A DNA stretch of 64,000 nt from Planctomycetota bacterium (GTDB lineage: Bacteria > Planctomycetota > UBA1135): assembly GCA_030748415.1 (NCBI GenBank), contig JASMMA010000006.1, forward strand, positions 94,978 to 158,977. The letters run 5' to 3'. The position numbers and the translations under genes are program-made. Each line of letters begins with the position of its first letter. The stretch's first letter is position 1. Below are positions 36,433 to 46,544 of this stretch, in pieces. The notes below the pieces were generated by a model that had not been told where the DNA came from, ran no database searches, and saw only the letters and a program-made list of their open reading frames with translations.

Positions 36433-38871
36433 TCAAAAAGAAATTGGTCTCCCCGATGCACCAACTTGGAGAGGCCAGCCTAGAAACATTTGCTCAGGGC
36501 TGATTCCATCTGACCATCGCGGCCAAGCCTCAAGTGTGATTCGTTGCGAACTGGGTTTAAAGCGCACAATGCCATAACCCGGTGAACGATTGTGTAATAG
36601 TCGAGGTAAGCGGCCATCGTCTTTGGGATTTGCCACAGCCAATAAGGTGACGCGGTTTCCGAATCCGTCGAAATAATCGCCTGTGTACCGCGGCGCACCG
36701 ATGGGCTGGTTCTTGCCACGCTCCTTGGGCATCCAGCGCCGAGGCCATGTATTGCCCATAGCCGGACCTGAAAAAACAACAGTACCGTCACGGAAATCGT
36801 CTTTTCCGTACCAGGCAACTGAGCCCAAATGCTGGTCTCCAGTTAGATGTAAGGCACCCGCCCGGCTGAGGGACTTCACGGCTCGATCTCTAGCAGCCTG
36901 CGGCCACCCGTTTGAATCCGCATCCATGACTGGGATGTCGTTGGTGGGATATTCTCCGGGTTTTGGAGCGGGAAGCCTGCCGACTACCTGGTCACTTTTT
37001 TGTACTCCAGGCAAAGTATGCAGACATGCGAATGGAGATTGAGAAAGAACAACTTTGGTCCAAGTATCAGGCAACCGTTTTGTAGCCCAAGAATCTAAGA
37101 AATGCTCTTGCTCTACTCCCAACAATTGGAGACCTGGAGCATTGGCATCTTCGGGTTGGTAGTCTTCGGTTTGTGGCCACCCGTTTTTAAATTTCAACTG
37201 AGGTGCACCAACCGTTGGTGAATCTTTCCACATCCGGTCTGCAAGAACACAAAAATCAATGCCTCCCCAAACAAAAGAAGTTGTGTAGGTAGAGATTCCC
37301 TGCCCAATAAAGGGTGAGACTTGAGAGGGCGGCAAATGGGAAACTTGGGTGGAATGAACTGCATTTACAAATTTTGCCGGCATCTTGTATCCACCGGCAT
37401 CTTGCGCTGTTATGCCATTGCTCGCCTTGGCCAGTACACCACCAGCACCCCAAAGGTTCCCATGAAAAACATCGTGATCGTCGGGAATGCAAATCGTCGG
37501 CCTTACCCGGGTTAGATCACCAAAGCTCCATAGGAAACGCTGCCATTTTGTATGGTAGTCCAGAATAGAGTGCCATTCGCTTCGCCGGTCAACTCCCGTG
37601 ATGTCCCCCTCGTAAATTTGATCGCCAGCGAAAAAAATGAGGTCGGGATTCTGGGTCTGTATGCCACGGGAGATGTCGTTGTGGGGGAACCAAAGGCCAT
37701 TTGGATTCCAGGACAATGGGCCCACTTGGTTTTTTAAACAAGAAAGCAAAGCAAGGCTTACCTGTTTTCCCTTCTCTGGCTCCGCTCGAAGAATTCCATC
37801 GTACACCGGTTCCCCATTGAGGCGAACTTCAAAAGGAGTTGCTTGATGATGATTTCGTAGTGGAATTTCAAAGCGGGAAGTAAAGCTCCCATCCGTTTGA
37901 TATTCGCCAAGGAAAGAACTTTGGCCATTGAGACAGAGTTCTGTTTGGGGGATATCCTCTCGGTGGAGGATTGGGTGCTGGATAGTCATTCGAAGGGTTC
38001 TGGTTCCATTGTGATTCCGTGCAATGGTGTAAAGAGAACCCAAGATAGGTCCCCAAGCACGGTTTGGGTTTGCAACCGCACCATCTAGCTGGAAACTCTC
38101 AAACGAAAATCCAGTATTGGCGGTCTTCGATCCAAGCGCACTAAAGAGGGAGATTCCTCCAACTAGTTTTTCACGGGCGAAATCGGGGACTTTAAGTTGA
38201 GTTTGGATAAGGTCCCCCTCGTTAGCTTGGGCTAAAGCTTTCAGAGTGAGGTTTCCATCTTTCCAGGAAAGGTGCATGCGGATAGGTTGTAAATCAATAG
38301 GGAATGTTTGTTTTGATTCAGCAAGTAGAGGCAGTTTCCTGAAATCAATATTCCTCTGAATGGTCCAATAGCCTTTTTCTTTCAATGGCTGGGAAAAATC
38401 TCTTAGTGTTAGATGCCCATCAGAATCTAATGTGGCAAGAATGCCTCCACCTGGAGCGGGAGCCTGTTGAACCAAAGCGGTTGCGCGATAGTCAATGTTG
38501 TTTCCACCCATGCCGAAGAGGAAACCAAAGCAAGACCCGTCTTGAAGAGGCCCCAAGTCCGTTGCGCTGACAGAAACGCTTAGGTTGACTGGTTCGGTGC
38601 CTAGGCCGACTTCACGAGTAAGAAGATGAACAGTCCTGCCCGCTGGTCCTTTTTGGCCAGTAAGGCATCGAAGTTGTCCATCCTTAATCTCCCAGTCCTG
38701 GATTCTGTTTGCATGCCATTCCTTTCCAGGCCAGGGCTGGTCTGGGGAAGCTTGCCAAGAGTCAAGAAAGGGGAGAATCTGGGAATCTGTCCAGAATGAA
38801 GGGCCGGAGCACGAAAGGAAAATGACCGCAGGGAAAATCAAACTGAAGGCAGGGGTATGCATGGATTCCAA
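36433..38871 (-). CDS. PhoD-like metallophosphatase-fold lipoprotein (function uncertain)
   Basis: The lipobox is IFLSC. The C-terminal half has metallophosphoesterase-type blocks FFAGDQIYEGD, IPDDHDVFHGNLWG and LTGDQHLGS. The N-terminal ~380 aa is uncharacterised. Confidence 0.55.
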   Translation of the reverse strand: MESMHTPAFSLIFPAVIFLSCSGPSFWTDSQILPFLDSWQASPDQPWPGKEWHANRIQDWEIKDGQLRCLTGQKGPAGRTVHLLTREVGLGTEPVNLSVSVSATDLGPLQDGSCFGFLFGMGGNNIDYRATALVQQAPAPGGGILATLDSDGHLTLRDFSQPLKEKGYWTIQRNIDFRKLPLLAESKQTFPIDLQPIRMHLSWKDGNLTLKALAQANEGDLIQTQLKVPDFAREKLVGGISLFSALGSKTANTGFSFESFQLDGAVANPNRAWGPILGSLYTIARNHNGTRTLRMTIQHPILHREDIPQTELCLNGQSSFLGEYQTDGSFTSRFEIPLRNHHQATPFEVRLNGEPVYDGILRAEPEKGKQVSLALLSCLKNQVGPLSWNPNGLWFPHNDISRGIQTQNPDLIFFAGDQIYEGDITGVDRRSEWHSILDYHTKWQRFLWSFGDLTRVRPTICIPDDHDVFHGNLWGAGGVLAKASNGITAQDAGGYKMPAKFVNAVHSTQVSHLPPSQVSPFIGQGISTYTTSFVWGGIDFCVLADRMWKDSPTVGAPQLKFKNGWPQTEDYQPEDANAPGLQLLGVEQEHFLDSWATKRLPDTWTKVVLSQSPFACLHTLPGVQKSDQVVGRLPAPKPGEYPTNDIPVMDADSNGWPQAARDRAVKSLSRAGALHLTGDQHLGSVAWYGKDDFRDGTVVFSGPAMGNTWPRRWMPKERGKNQPIGAPRYTGDYFDGFGNRVTLLAVANPKDDGRLPRLLHNRSPGYGIVRFKPSSQRITLEAWPRWSDGISPEQMFLGWPLQVGASGRPISF

Positions 38872-38955
38872 GATACGAGAGCTGAGCTCCTATTCCATGT
38901 TTGTTGTTCGAATGAAAGAGCATTTGTCAATTGGAGACCTTTAGACTAACTCGGA

Positions 38956-40479
38956 ATGCTCCTAACCCTCGCCCTTGCCCTCGCCACCCCACTTTTCCAG
39001 GAGCCGGATACTTTTTCGTCGTTGTTCAATGGGGTTGACTTGCGTGGTTGGCGTGGGCGACCCCATTTGCAGCCTCATGCCGAAAAGTTTTGGTCTCCGG
39101 AAAAACGAATCGCTCAGCAAAAGGAGTGGGACGTAGATATGGAGAAGCACTGGTGTGTGGAATCTGGTGAAATCGTGAATGATGGCGCGGGTGTCTTTTT
39201 GACAACAGAAAGAGATTTCAGAGATTTTGACTTGCGTTTGGAATATAAAACGGTGGCTGGCGCTGACTCTGGGATTTATTTGCGAGCTTGCCCTCAAGTG
39301 CAAATATGGGATTGGACAAAAGAAGGAGGGAAGTGGGAACTTGGTGCGGGGAAGGGCTCGGGTGCTTTATGGAACAACATTGAGGAGTCACGATTTCCAA
39401 GCAAGAGAATGGACCGACCTTTTGGAGAATGGAATACCCTTCGGATTGTAATGATTGGTCCTCGCGTTTCCGTTTGGCTGAACGGGACACAGATTGTGCA
39501 CCACGTCCTCATGGAGAACTACTTTGATCGCTCATCTTCAGTACCCGAAAGTGGTCCGATTCAACTCCAGACTCACGGCGGAGAAATCCGATTTCGGAAT
39601 TTGAAGATTAAAGAGCTTTCTTCTGAAGAGGCCCTGAAGTGGCTGACCCAGGACGCCTCTTTTGAGGTTATGGGAGAAAAGGCATGGAGCCCAAAGCCAG
39701 GGAATTACATTGCCAGCTTTATTTTTGAGACTGAGGAAGATTTGCCCGATTGGATTCCTGGAGCAGAAGATTTTGAGAAATACCTCTATCCAACAGAATC
39801 GCTCAATATTCAGAGTGTTCGAGTGAGTGGAAGTCATGCAAAAGTTGAATGGAACGGTTTTCCAGTCTTTGAAGGGGATTGTTCTTTTTTAGGATCTGTT
39901 CGCGCGAGTGCTCGACACATTTGGGACCTTGGCAAAGCGCATTGGCGACCATCGGAATACCACCCTTGGAGACCTGTTGGAGAGGCAACATTTCTCCTTG
40001 AAAATGGAGTGCTTACGGGTAGCGGTGACTTTGGTCGGAACGCCTTCTTCATTTCTGAAGAGGAGTTTTCGGACTTCGAGTTGAATGTAGATGTGAAGTT
40101 GAACTCCGGAGGAAACTCCGGAATCCAGATTCGATCCAAAATTGACGCGAAGGGGAAAGTCTCCGGCTACCAAATTGAGATTGACGGAACTCCTCGCGCC
40201 TGGTCAGGCGGCCTCTATGAGGAGGCTGGCCGCGGGTGGTTGCAAAATTTAGAAGACAATCCAGAAGGAAGCTCGGCCTTTCGTGTGGATGAGTGGAACC
40301 ACTACAGAATTCTTTGTAGAGGGGAGCGTATCCAATCGTGGGTGAACGGAATCCCCTGCACGGATTTCCGGGATTCCAAGAGTAGGAAAGGCTTGATTGG
40401 TTTTCAGGTCCATAGTGGAGGCAAGACCAATGTTTCTTGGAGAAACTTGTTTATTCGAGAATTGGGCCCCGAGAAATGA
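38956..40479 (+). CDS. secreted protein with two DUF1080 (3-keto-disaccharide hydrolase-like) domains
   Basis: Domain 1 reads LFNGVDLRGWRG..W.VESGEIVNDG..L.T.RDFRDFDLRLEYK...DSGIYLR...GEWNTLRIVM.G.RVSVWLNG...GPIQLQTHGGEIRFRNLKIKEL. The second copy ends GLIGFQVHSGGKTNVSWRNLFIREL. Confidence 0.8.
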   Translation: MLLTLALALATPLFQEPDTFSSLFNGVDLRGWRGRPHLQPHAEKFWSPEKRIAQQKEWDVDMEKHWCVESGEIVNDGAGVFLTTERDFRDFDLRLEYKTVAGADSGIYLRACPQVQIWDWTKEGGKWELGAGKGSGALWNNIEESRFPSKRMDRPFGEWNTLRIVMIGPRVSVWLNGTQIVHHVLMENYFDRSSSVPESGPIQLQTHGGEIRFRNLKIKELSSEEALKWLTQDASFEVMGEKAWSPKPGNYIASFIFETEEDLPDWIPGAEDFEKYLYPTESLNIQSVRVSGSHAKVEWNGFPVFEGDCSFLGSVRASARHIWDLGKAHWRPSEYHPWRPVGEATFLLENGVLTGSGDFGRNAFFISEEEFSDFELNVDVKLNSGGNSGIQIRSKIDAKGKVSGYQIEIDGTPRAWSGGLYEEAGRGWLQNLEDNPEGSSAFRVDEWNHYRILCRGERIQSWVNGIPCTDFRDSKSRKGLIGFQVHSGGKTNVSWRNLFIRELGPEK

Positions 40480-42650
40480 TTTTAACTTTTTCTTTATGCG
40501 TCCTGGCGCAGGCGGGAGATATTGAGGATGATTCTCCGCAGATTGAGAACTGGAAGGAGTGGGAAGTGCCTTCTGCAAAAATTCTTTCGCCAAGTGAAGA
40601 GCTCGATAGTTTTGAAATTGCAGAAGGATTTGTTGTTGATTTAATCGCTTCCGAACCTCTCGTCGTCGATCCCGTTGCGGCGGCGTTTGATGAGAAAGGC
40701 CGAATGTGGGTTGTAGAAATGCGCGGGTTTATGCCCAATGTTGACGGCACTGGAGAAGAAGAATCGGTAGGCAAAGTGGTCGTATTGGAGGACTTGGACG
40801 GAGATGGAGTGATGGATCGCTCTACCCCGTTTTTGGAAGGCTTGGTATTGCCACGAGCAATCTGCATCGTAAAAGGTGGAGTTCTTGTTTTGTCGCCACC
40901 TCAGTTGTTGTTTTGCCAAGACTTAGATGGTGACCTTCGTTGCGACAAGAGAACACTAGTGGCGGATAATTGGACTGGTATCGCCTCACCCGAGCACGCT
41001 CCAAATGGAATGATTCATGGCTTGGATAATCGGATTCATTTTGCGAAGCATAATGCTGAGGCTTCTTGGATTAAGGGCGAATGGCAAACATGGCCCACCT
41101 CAGCCCAAGGTCAATGGGGTGTGACCATGGATAATTGGGGCCGCCTTTTTTTTAACACCAACTCTTCCATCCTCCATACCGATTTCGTACCGCGAAGATA
41201 CGGGAGAAGGAATATGAACTTTAACGGTCTTTGGGGTTTGGGCCGTAGAATCATGAAGGATCAAAGAGTTTGGCCTTCCCGAATTACGCCTGGCGTCAAT
41301 AGGGGATATCGCCCGGAGACCTTGCGATCGGATGGAACACTACTGACAGTAACTGGAACTTGCGGTCCAGGAGTTATTCGTGGGTCGGCCTTTTCTGAAA
41401 GTGAAAGAGGAAGTCTGTTAATTCCCGAGCCTTGCGCTAATCTTGTTAAGAGAGTTTATTTGGAACAAGAAGCTGGCGATATTCGCGCAAGGAATGCCCA
41501 GGAAGATGGCAAAGAATTTTGGACCTCAACTGATGAACGGTTTCGCCCCGTTAACGTAATTGATGGTCCGGGTGGCGCTACCTATGTCTTGGATTTTTAT
41601 CGCGGGTTAATTCAGCATCGTCTTTTTGTGACGACCTATCTTCGAAAGCAGGTCCTTAGTCGGGGACTTGATGAGCCGATTGGCCTCGGTCGAATTTGGC
41701 GCGTTCGACAAAAGGATGTAAAAGCCCAATCGGTAGAAGTTCCAGAAAAGATTGAGGGTTGGATACCTTTATTGGGGCATGCGGATGGCTTTTGGCGGGA
41801 TTCTGCCCAGCGCATGCTTGTGGAATCAGGCGATTCTACTTTGGGGCCTATGCTTGAGGTCGCTGTCCAAAAGAAGAACCCTCTCTTTTCTCTCCACGCT
41901 ATATGGTCTTTAAAGGGCTTGGGTCTCCTGAAAGAAAAAACAGCAGCTTGGGCGTTGGAGAATGCGGGCTCCAAGGAACTGCCTTCCATTATCCAGGCAT
42001 CTGAGTCACTTCTGCCCGGAAAGGATGGGGGTCTTTTGAGGCTTCTCCATCGCCGAGCGGTGCGTGGCGACTTGTTCACGAAGCGGCAGGCTGTTCTAAG
42101 TTTGTTAAGTTGCCAGGATGATATGGCCCAAAGACTTGCTTTGGATTTGTTCTTTGACAACCTCCAAGATCCAATTATTGCGACTAGCTTGGCAACTGTT
42201 CCCCAAGACCTTTCTGTTGAATTGTTGAAAAAGATTAGGGCAGACAGTCGCTTTGATTCAGGAGATAAGACCATCCTTGGCGCACAGACTTCATTGGTTA
42301 GAGCGGGCAAAATCGCAGTCTCGAGTGAATCCGAATCACTGGTTTATGCGAGGGCGTGTTTGGCTTGCCATGGTGCGGATGGATTAGGGCAGCCCGGTTT
42401 GGCGCCCCCTTTGAACGACCCTGCTTGGCTTGGAAAGTCAAAAGAAGAGTTGATTTCTATTGTTCTTAATGGACTGGAGGAGCCGATTCAGGTGAATGAG
42501 GAAACATGGAACCAGTCAATGCCCGCCTGGAGGGCATTGCTCAGTGACGCAGATATTGCCGAAGTCTTGAATGATATACAGCGTCGATTCAATCCTAACC
42601 CACAAATATTTACAAAAGAAAAAGTGAGATTGGTGAGGACGGGTGAATAG
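40476..42650 (+). CDS. PVC-type putative dehydrogenase propeller / HEAT-like repeats / C-terminal c-type cytochrome domain
   Basis: The start is re-set to ATG 40476 (ATGA overlap with the upstream stop), giving signal MILTFSLCVLAQA. The N-domain reads EGFVVDLIASEPLVVDPVAAAFDEKGRMWVVEM...LEDLDGDGVMD...CQDLDGD. The C-terminus has CLACHGADG (CxxCH) with a downstream Met (NQSMPAW). Confidence 0.8.
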   Translation: MILTFSLCVLAQAGDIEDDSPQIENWKEWEVPSAKILSPSEELDSFEIAEGFVVDLIASEPLVVDPVAAAFDEKGRMWVVEMRGFMPNVDGTGEEESVGKVVVLEDLDGDGVMDRSTPFLEGLVLPRAICIVKGGVLVLSPPQLLFCQDLDGDLRCDKRTLVADNWTGIASPEHAPNGMIHGLDNRIHFAKHNAEASWIKGEWQTWPTSAQGQWGVTMDNWGRLFFNTNSSILHTDFVPRRYGRRNMNFNGLWGLGRRIMKDQRVWPSRITPGVNRGYRPETLRSDGTLLTVTGTCGPGVIRGSAFSESERGSLLIPEPCANLVKRVYLEQEAGDIRARNAQEDGKEFWTSTDERFRPVNVIDGPGGATYVLDFYRGLIQHRLFVTTYLRKQVLSRGLDEPIGLGRIWRVRQKDVKAQSVEVPEKIEGWIPLLGHADGFWRDSAQRMLVESGDSTLGPMLEVAVQKKNPLFSLHAIWSLKGLGLLKEKTAAWALENAGSKELPSIIQASESLLPGKDGGLLRLLHRRAVRGDLFTKRQAVLSLLSCQDDMAQRLALDLFFDNLQDPIIATSLATVPQDLSVELLKKIRADSRFDSGDKTILGAQTSLVRAGKIAVSSESESLVYARACLACHGADGLGQPGLAPPLNDPAWLGKSKEELISIVLNGLEEPIQVNEETWNQSMPAWRALLSDADIAEVLNDIQRRFNPNPQIFTKEKVRLVRTGE

Positions 42651-42732
42651 GGGGCTTTCCTAATAATTATTATGTTGTTTTCGATTTGCATCATGAACTA
42701 ACAAGGCGAAAGGCTTGGTAGGCTATAACTCT

Positions 42733-43641
42733 ATGCACATTGCCCTTGCTACTTGCTCTAACCTCCCGGATTGGGAGACTGATGACCTCCCACTGCACTT
42801 GGCTCTTATGGATCGTGGTGCAGAGGTTTTTCATCCCGCATGGGATGATTCTGACTTTGATTGGGCTCAGATGGACGCATGTTTGATTCGTACTGCTTGG
42901 GATTACCATCTCCGCCAAGGGGAATTTGTGGCGTGGGCGCAGGCTGTGGAACGTAAAACGCGTCTATTTAATCCATCTGTCGTAGTCGACTGGAACACGA
43001 ACAAGCTCTACCTGCGCGAGTTGGCCGAGCAGGGAGTGCCTGTGATTGACACCGAATGGTTGAATCAGGGCTCCCGTGTCGATCTCGGCCAGCTTCTGAA
43101 ACGGAGCGGTTGGCCCCGCGGCTTCTTGAAGCCTGTTGTTGGTTCGACAGCCTACGGCACTTGCCGCTTCGAGAGCCATGGCGATTCCTTAGTCGCAGCG
43201 CAGCAATTCCTGGACAAAATGCTCATTGACCATTCCATGCAGCTGCAACCTTATCTGGAGAAGGTGGAAACCCAAGGCGAGGAGTCGATGCTCTTTGTGG
43301 ATGGGGAGTATGCCCATTCGGTGCGCAAGATCCCGGTACCCGGTGATTACCGTGTTCAAGATGACCATGGCGCTTCCGATGAAGCTATTGAGCATACGGC
43401 AGAGGAGATTGATCTTGGCCGTTCCGTGTTGCGCCTAGTCGAGCAACATTCCATGTGGGGCGAGAATCAACGATCTAAGCCGCTACTTTATGGGAGGGTC
43501 GATTGGCTGCGTGATGACCAAGGGGCGTTACGCCTATGCGAGCTGGAGGTGGTGGAGCCAAGTCTTTTTTTACGCCATAGCCCAAACACCGCCGACTTGC
43601 TCGCTGTTGCCCTGATTAAGCGAATCCGTGCCGAGGAATAG
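42733..43641 (+). CDS. ATP-grasp-fold protein (RimK/glutathione-synthetase-like), cytoplasmic
   Basis: The start is re-set to MHIALATCS. The layout is a pre-ATP-grasp domain followed by FLKPVVGSTAYG...LQPYLE...GEESMLFVDGEYAHSVRK.P..GDYRVQ, typical of stand-alone ATP-grasp ligases. There is no signal peptide. The gene is visibly GC-richer than its neighbours. Confidence 0.55.
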   Translation: MHIALATCSNLPDWETDDLPLHLALMDRGAEVFHPAWDDSDFDWAQMDACLIRTAWDYHLRQGEFVAWAQAVERKTRLFNPSVVVDWNTNKLYLRELAEQGVPVIDTEWLNQGSRVDLGQLLKRSGWPRGFLKPVVGSTAYGTCRFESHGDSLVAAQQFLDKMLIDHSMQLQPYLEKVETQGEESMLFVDGEYAHSVRKIPVPGDYRVQDDHGASDEAIEHTAEEIDLGRSVLRLVEQHSMWGENQRSKPLLYGRVDWLRDDQGALRLCELEVVEPSLFLRHSPNTADLLAVALIKRIRAEE

Positions 43642-43670
43642 GTTGTCGAAGTCGTGTCCCTTTTGTTGGC

Positions 43671-46514
43671 TTAACGGCGAACAATCATTTTCCCCTGCAT
43701 AAGTTTCCAGTGACCAGGGAAAGTGCAGACATAATCATATTTCCCGACTTTCTGGGGTGCTATAAATTCAATAATCTGGCTCTCCATGTGGTTTAGGAGC
43801 TTTGAACTCGCAATGATTTTTTCGCTCGTTGGGACAAAGCCTTGGTTGAAGCCCGCCGCCCCAAGAGCCTCAGCAGCAAGACCGAGCTCTTCTGCAGAAT
43901 CGGGCATCCCGATAATCAAATTGTGCGGCATAAAATCTGGGTTAAAAAACCATAGCCTTACCGGTTTGCCCGCTTGAACCTCAAAAGATTCAAGGTCGTA
44001 GCTCATTTTTTCAGGAACCGTTTGAAGGACAATCGCTCCTTTCGGTGGAGTTTGCGACGGTTGATTATTTGTTCCAAGGCCTTTTGTGTCATTTAAGAAA
44101 TTTGGCTTTGATTGAGAATGAGTCCACATTCCCTCGACCCTCTGCGCAGCGATTCGAGCATGCGCATTGGGGGAGTTGAGGAGAGTGTTGAGTAAACTTT
44201 GATTTTTCACATTGTGTTGCTGATGAATCCACAAAGCCTCAAGGAGATGATGGGCATCGCTTTCGTCGCGGATATCAAATTGGGAAGCCCACTCTTGAGT
44301 CAAGCGAATCACTTCTTCGCTATTCCTAGCGGACAATTCCACGCGTACCCGGTGCCGAATCCCATTGATGGGGCTCTTGAGTAGCTCGAGAAGTTCCGGA
44401 ATAGGGCGGCCATAGACCGAGACATGCGGAGCCAGTGGGCGGTTCTTTGCAGTGATTCGGTATATTCGACCATGGGCATGGTCTCTCTCTGGATCTCGAA
44501 CATTATGTTGCATATGCCCGACGATGGCATTGCACCAGTCTGAAACATAGAGGGCGCCGTCGTCGCCCACTTCAAGGTCTGTTGGCCGGAAGTTCGGATC
44601 TTCGGAGGCAATAAGATCCTCTACCTCTGTTCCGTTTACCTCTCCTGTTGCCGTATCGAAATCAAGGTTGTATTGTTTTAACCCCAAAAAGGCAATGGTG
44701 TTGCAGAGTAGGAAGTTCCCTTGAAATGAGTCTGGGAAGTGGCTACTTGAAAGGATTCCACTGGATGCAACCGGTCGTACTGTTTGATTGAGCAGCTTCC
44801 GCATTTTGAAACTTCCATCTCCATCACTGACAACTTGAAAGGCCCGACCGCCTGTTCCGTCAGTAGCATAGTGGTATCCCCAATAATCAAAGCTAATACC
44901 GTGTGGGTTGGGGCTATTTTCGGCATGGAAGCTGAACTCATGGGTTCTCGGATTGAAACGATACATGCCGGACCTTGAAGATTCTTGGTTTGCTTGCCAA
45001 GGCGTTTCAACATTTGAAACAAGGAAAATCCCTCTTTGATAGTAAAGAAAACCATCAGGCCCTAAAACAAAGTTGTTCGCGGCATGGTGCGTATCCGCCG
45101 AATCTAGCCCTTCAAGTATTCGATAACGAACATCGGCGATGTCATCACCATCGGTATCCTTGAGGAAGATGAGGCCAGGTGTTGATGCAACAATGACGCC
45201 CCCATTCCAGAATTCAAATCCAGTTGGATTATGCACATAGGCGAAGGTAATTGCTCGATCGGCTACGCCGTCTCGGTTGTCATCCGGAAGAATGATTAAG
45301 CAATCACCCATTTCTTTCATAGGTTCCCATTTCGGGTAAGTTTTCCATGCCGCAACCCACATACGTCCTTTTGGGTCAACGCCGAGCTGCACTGGATTGA
45401 CCAATTCCGGAAACATTTCTTCTGAGGCGAATAGATTGACTTCAAGGCCATCTTGAAGCGTCATTTTTTCGATTGCCTCTATCCCGCCTAAGTAGGACCC
45501 ATCCCCAAGTTTGCTAATGCCACTTTGGAGCTGTTCCTTGTCTAAATTTGTGGTGACTTTTATAGATTCTGGAACATTCTCGTCGTCCGCTATTGCACTT
45601 TCTCCCCTTGCAATTTTCCAGATGACCTCGTCTCGATTCCTCGTCATGACATCAAGCTGAGATAGTTCGTGCTGGAGAACATCTCGATTGGATTGATTAT
45701 CGGTGAACTTTAAGTCTGCACGAGAGCCCCAGATATCGTTCCCATCCGTGGCCCGATACCGGTTGTGCCAATGCCAATTCTTGTCCAATACAGCGCTCCG
45801 GAGAGTCTCCAAATTGGTTTTGAGTCGATCCTTTTTTTCCCCGAAGAGTTTGTCGGCGATAATGCCCGCCACAAGCTTGTTTCCCTGAGAGTTCAAATGG
45901 ATACCGTTGATGGTGAAGGCATCTTTGCTCATCGAATACTGATGCAACGTGGGTGTGAAAAGGTCAATAAATTCAACACCGTCTTCACGGGCAACATCTT
46001 CCATTGCCGCAGCTATTGCAGCAAGGCGTGGATTGTTCAAGGAACCATCAGGGAAGTTCGGGTTTTCGAGGTTTTGGTGGGCCGTGGGGGAAATGAGAAG
46101 GATTCTTGGTGGCCCCTTTCCAGAGTAGTTTTGAGATTGTGTATGTTGAATCCAGTTCGATATTGCGTTTTTGAAGGCCAAGGGGTCTTCGTCAAAGGAC
46201 TCGTTGTAGCCAAACATGGCAAAAATAACTGTAGCACCAGATAACTTGAGGTAATCATCCGGGCCGAGGAAGTCCTTATTCCTCGGGCGATAATCAATTC
46301 GGTCGCCAGCGAACCCATGGTTCCGGATGGTAAGATTTAATCCGATTGTTTCTGTTTGAAGTATCGCTTCTAGCCATCCATCATGCTGCATTCTGTCGGC
46401 GATCCCTCCGCCAAGAATGACAAGGTGGTCATCAGGTTGGAAAAAGCTGGTTTCTCGCCCGCAGGCGGGGAGAAGGAGGCAACCTAGAATTATCTTGGGG
46501 AAGAGAGTCTTCAT
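43671..46514 (-). CDS. tri-domain lipoprotein: SGNH-like domain, PVC-type dehydrogenase propeller with HEAT-like region, C-terminal azurin-like type-1 copper domain
   Basis: The lipobox is LLLPAC. The propeller block LEVNLFASEEMFPELVNPVQLGVDPKGRMWVAAW...LPDDNRDGVAD...LKDTDGDDIAD is paralogous to 40476-42650. The C-terminus has MPHNLII and YVCTFPGHWKLM, which supply the azurin Cu ligands His/Cys/His/Met. Confidence 0.8.
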   Translation of the reverse strand: MKTLFPKIILGCLLLPACGRETSFFQPDDHLVILGGGIADRMQHDGWLEAILQTETIGLNLTIRNHGFAGDRIDYRPRNKDFLGPDDYLKLSGATVIFAMFGYNESFDEDPLAFKNAISNWIQHTQSQNYSGKGPPRILLISPTAHQNLENPNFPDGSLNNPRLAAIAAAMEDVAREDGVEFIDLFTPTLHQYSMSKDAFTINGIHLNSQGNKLVAGIIADKLFGEKKDRLKTNLETLRSAVLDKNWHWHNRYRATDGNDIWGSRADLKFTDNQSNRDVLQHELSQLDVMTRNRDEVIWKIARGESAIADDENVPESIKVTTNLDKEQLQSGISKLGDGSYLGGIEAIEKMTLQDGLEVNLFASEEMFPELVNPVQLGVDPKGRMWVAAWKTYPKWEPMKEMGDCLIILPDDNRDGVADRAITFAYVHNPTGFEFWNGGVIVASTPGLIFLKDTDGDDIADVRYRILEGLDSADTHHAANNFVLGPDGFLYYQRGIFLVSNVETPWQANQESSRSGMYRFNPRTHEFSFHAENSPNPHGISFDYWGYHYATDGTGGRAFQVVSDGDGSFKMRKLLNQTVRPVASSGILSSSHFPDSFQGNFLLCNTIAFLGLKQYNLDFDTATGEVNGTEVEDLIASEDPNFRPTDLEVGDDGALYVSDWCNAIVGHMQHNVRDPERDHAHGRIYRITAKNRPLAPHVSVYGRPIPELLELLKSPINGIRHRVRVELSARNSEEVIRLTQEWASQFDIRDESDAHHLLEALWIHQQHNVKNQSLLNTLLNSPNAHARIAAQRVEGMWTHSQSKPNFLNDTKGLGTNNQPSQTPPKGAIVLQTVPEKMSYDLESFEVQAGKPVRLWFFNPDFMPHNLIIGMPDSAEELGLAAEALGAAGFNQGFVPTSEKIIASSKLLNHMESQIIEFIAPQKVGKYDYVCTFPGHWKLMQGKMIVRR

Positions 46515-46544
46515 GTAGAACTAAAGGTTACCCTTACCTCACCC

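Noticed and set aside
41636-42310. 224-aa ORF antisense to the haem-binding propeller gene
   Set aside because: It is Ser/Arg/Pro-rich low-complexity sequence opposite a well-supported CDS. It is a shadow ORF.
42661-42672. 12-bp AT palindrome TAATAATTATTA upstream of the ATP-grasp gene as an operator
   Set aside because: It is short and AT-only, so it is expected by chance in an AT-rich gap. I note it only as context for the compositional shift.
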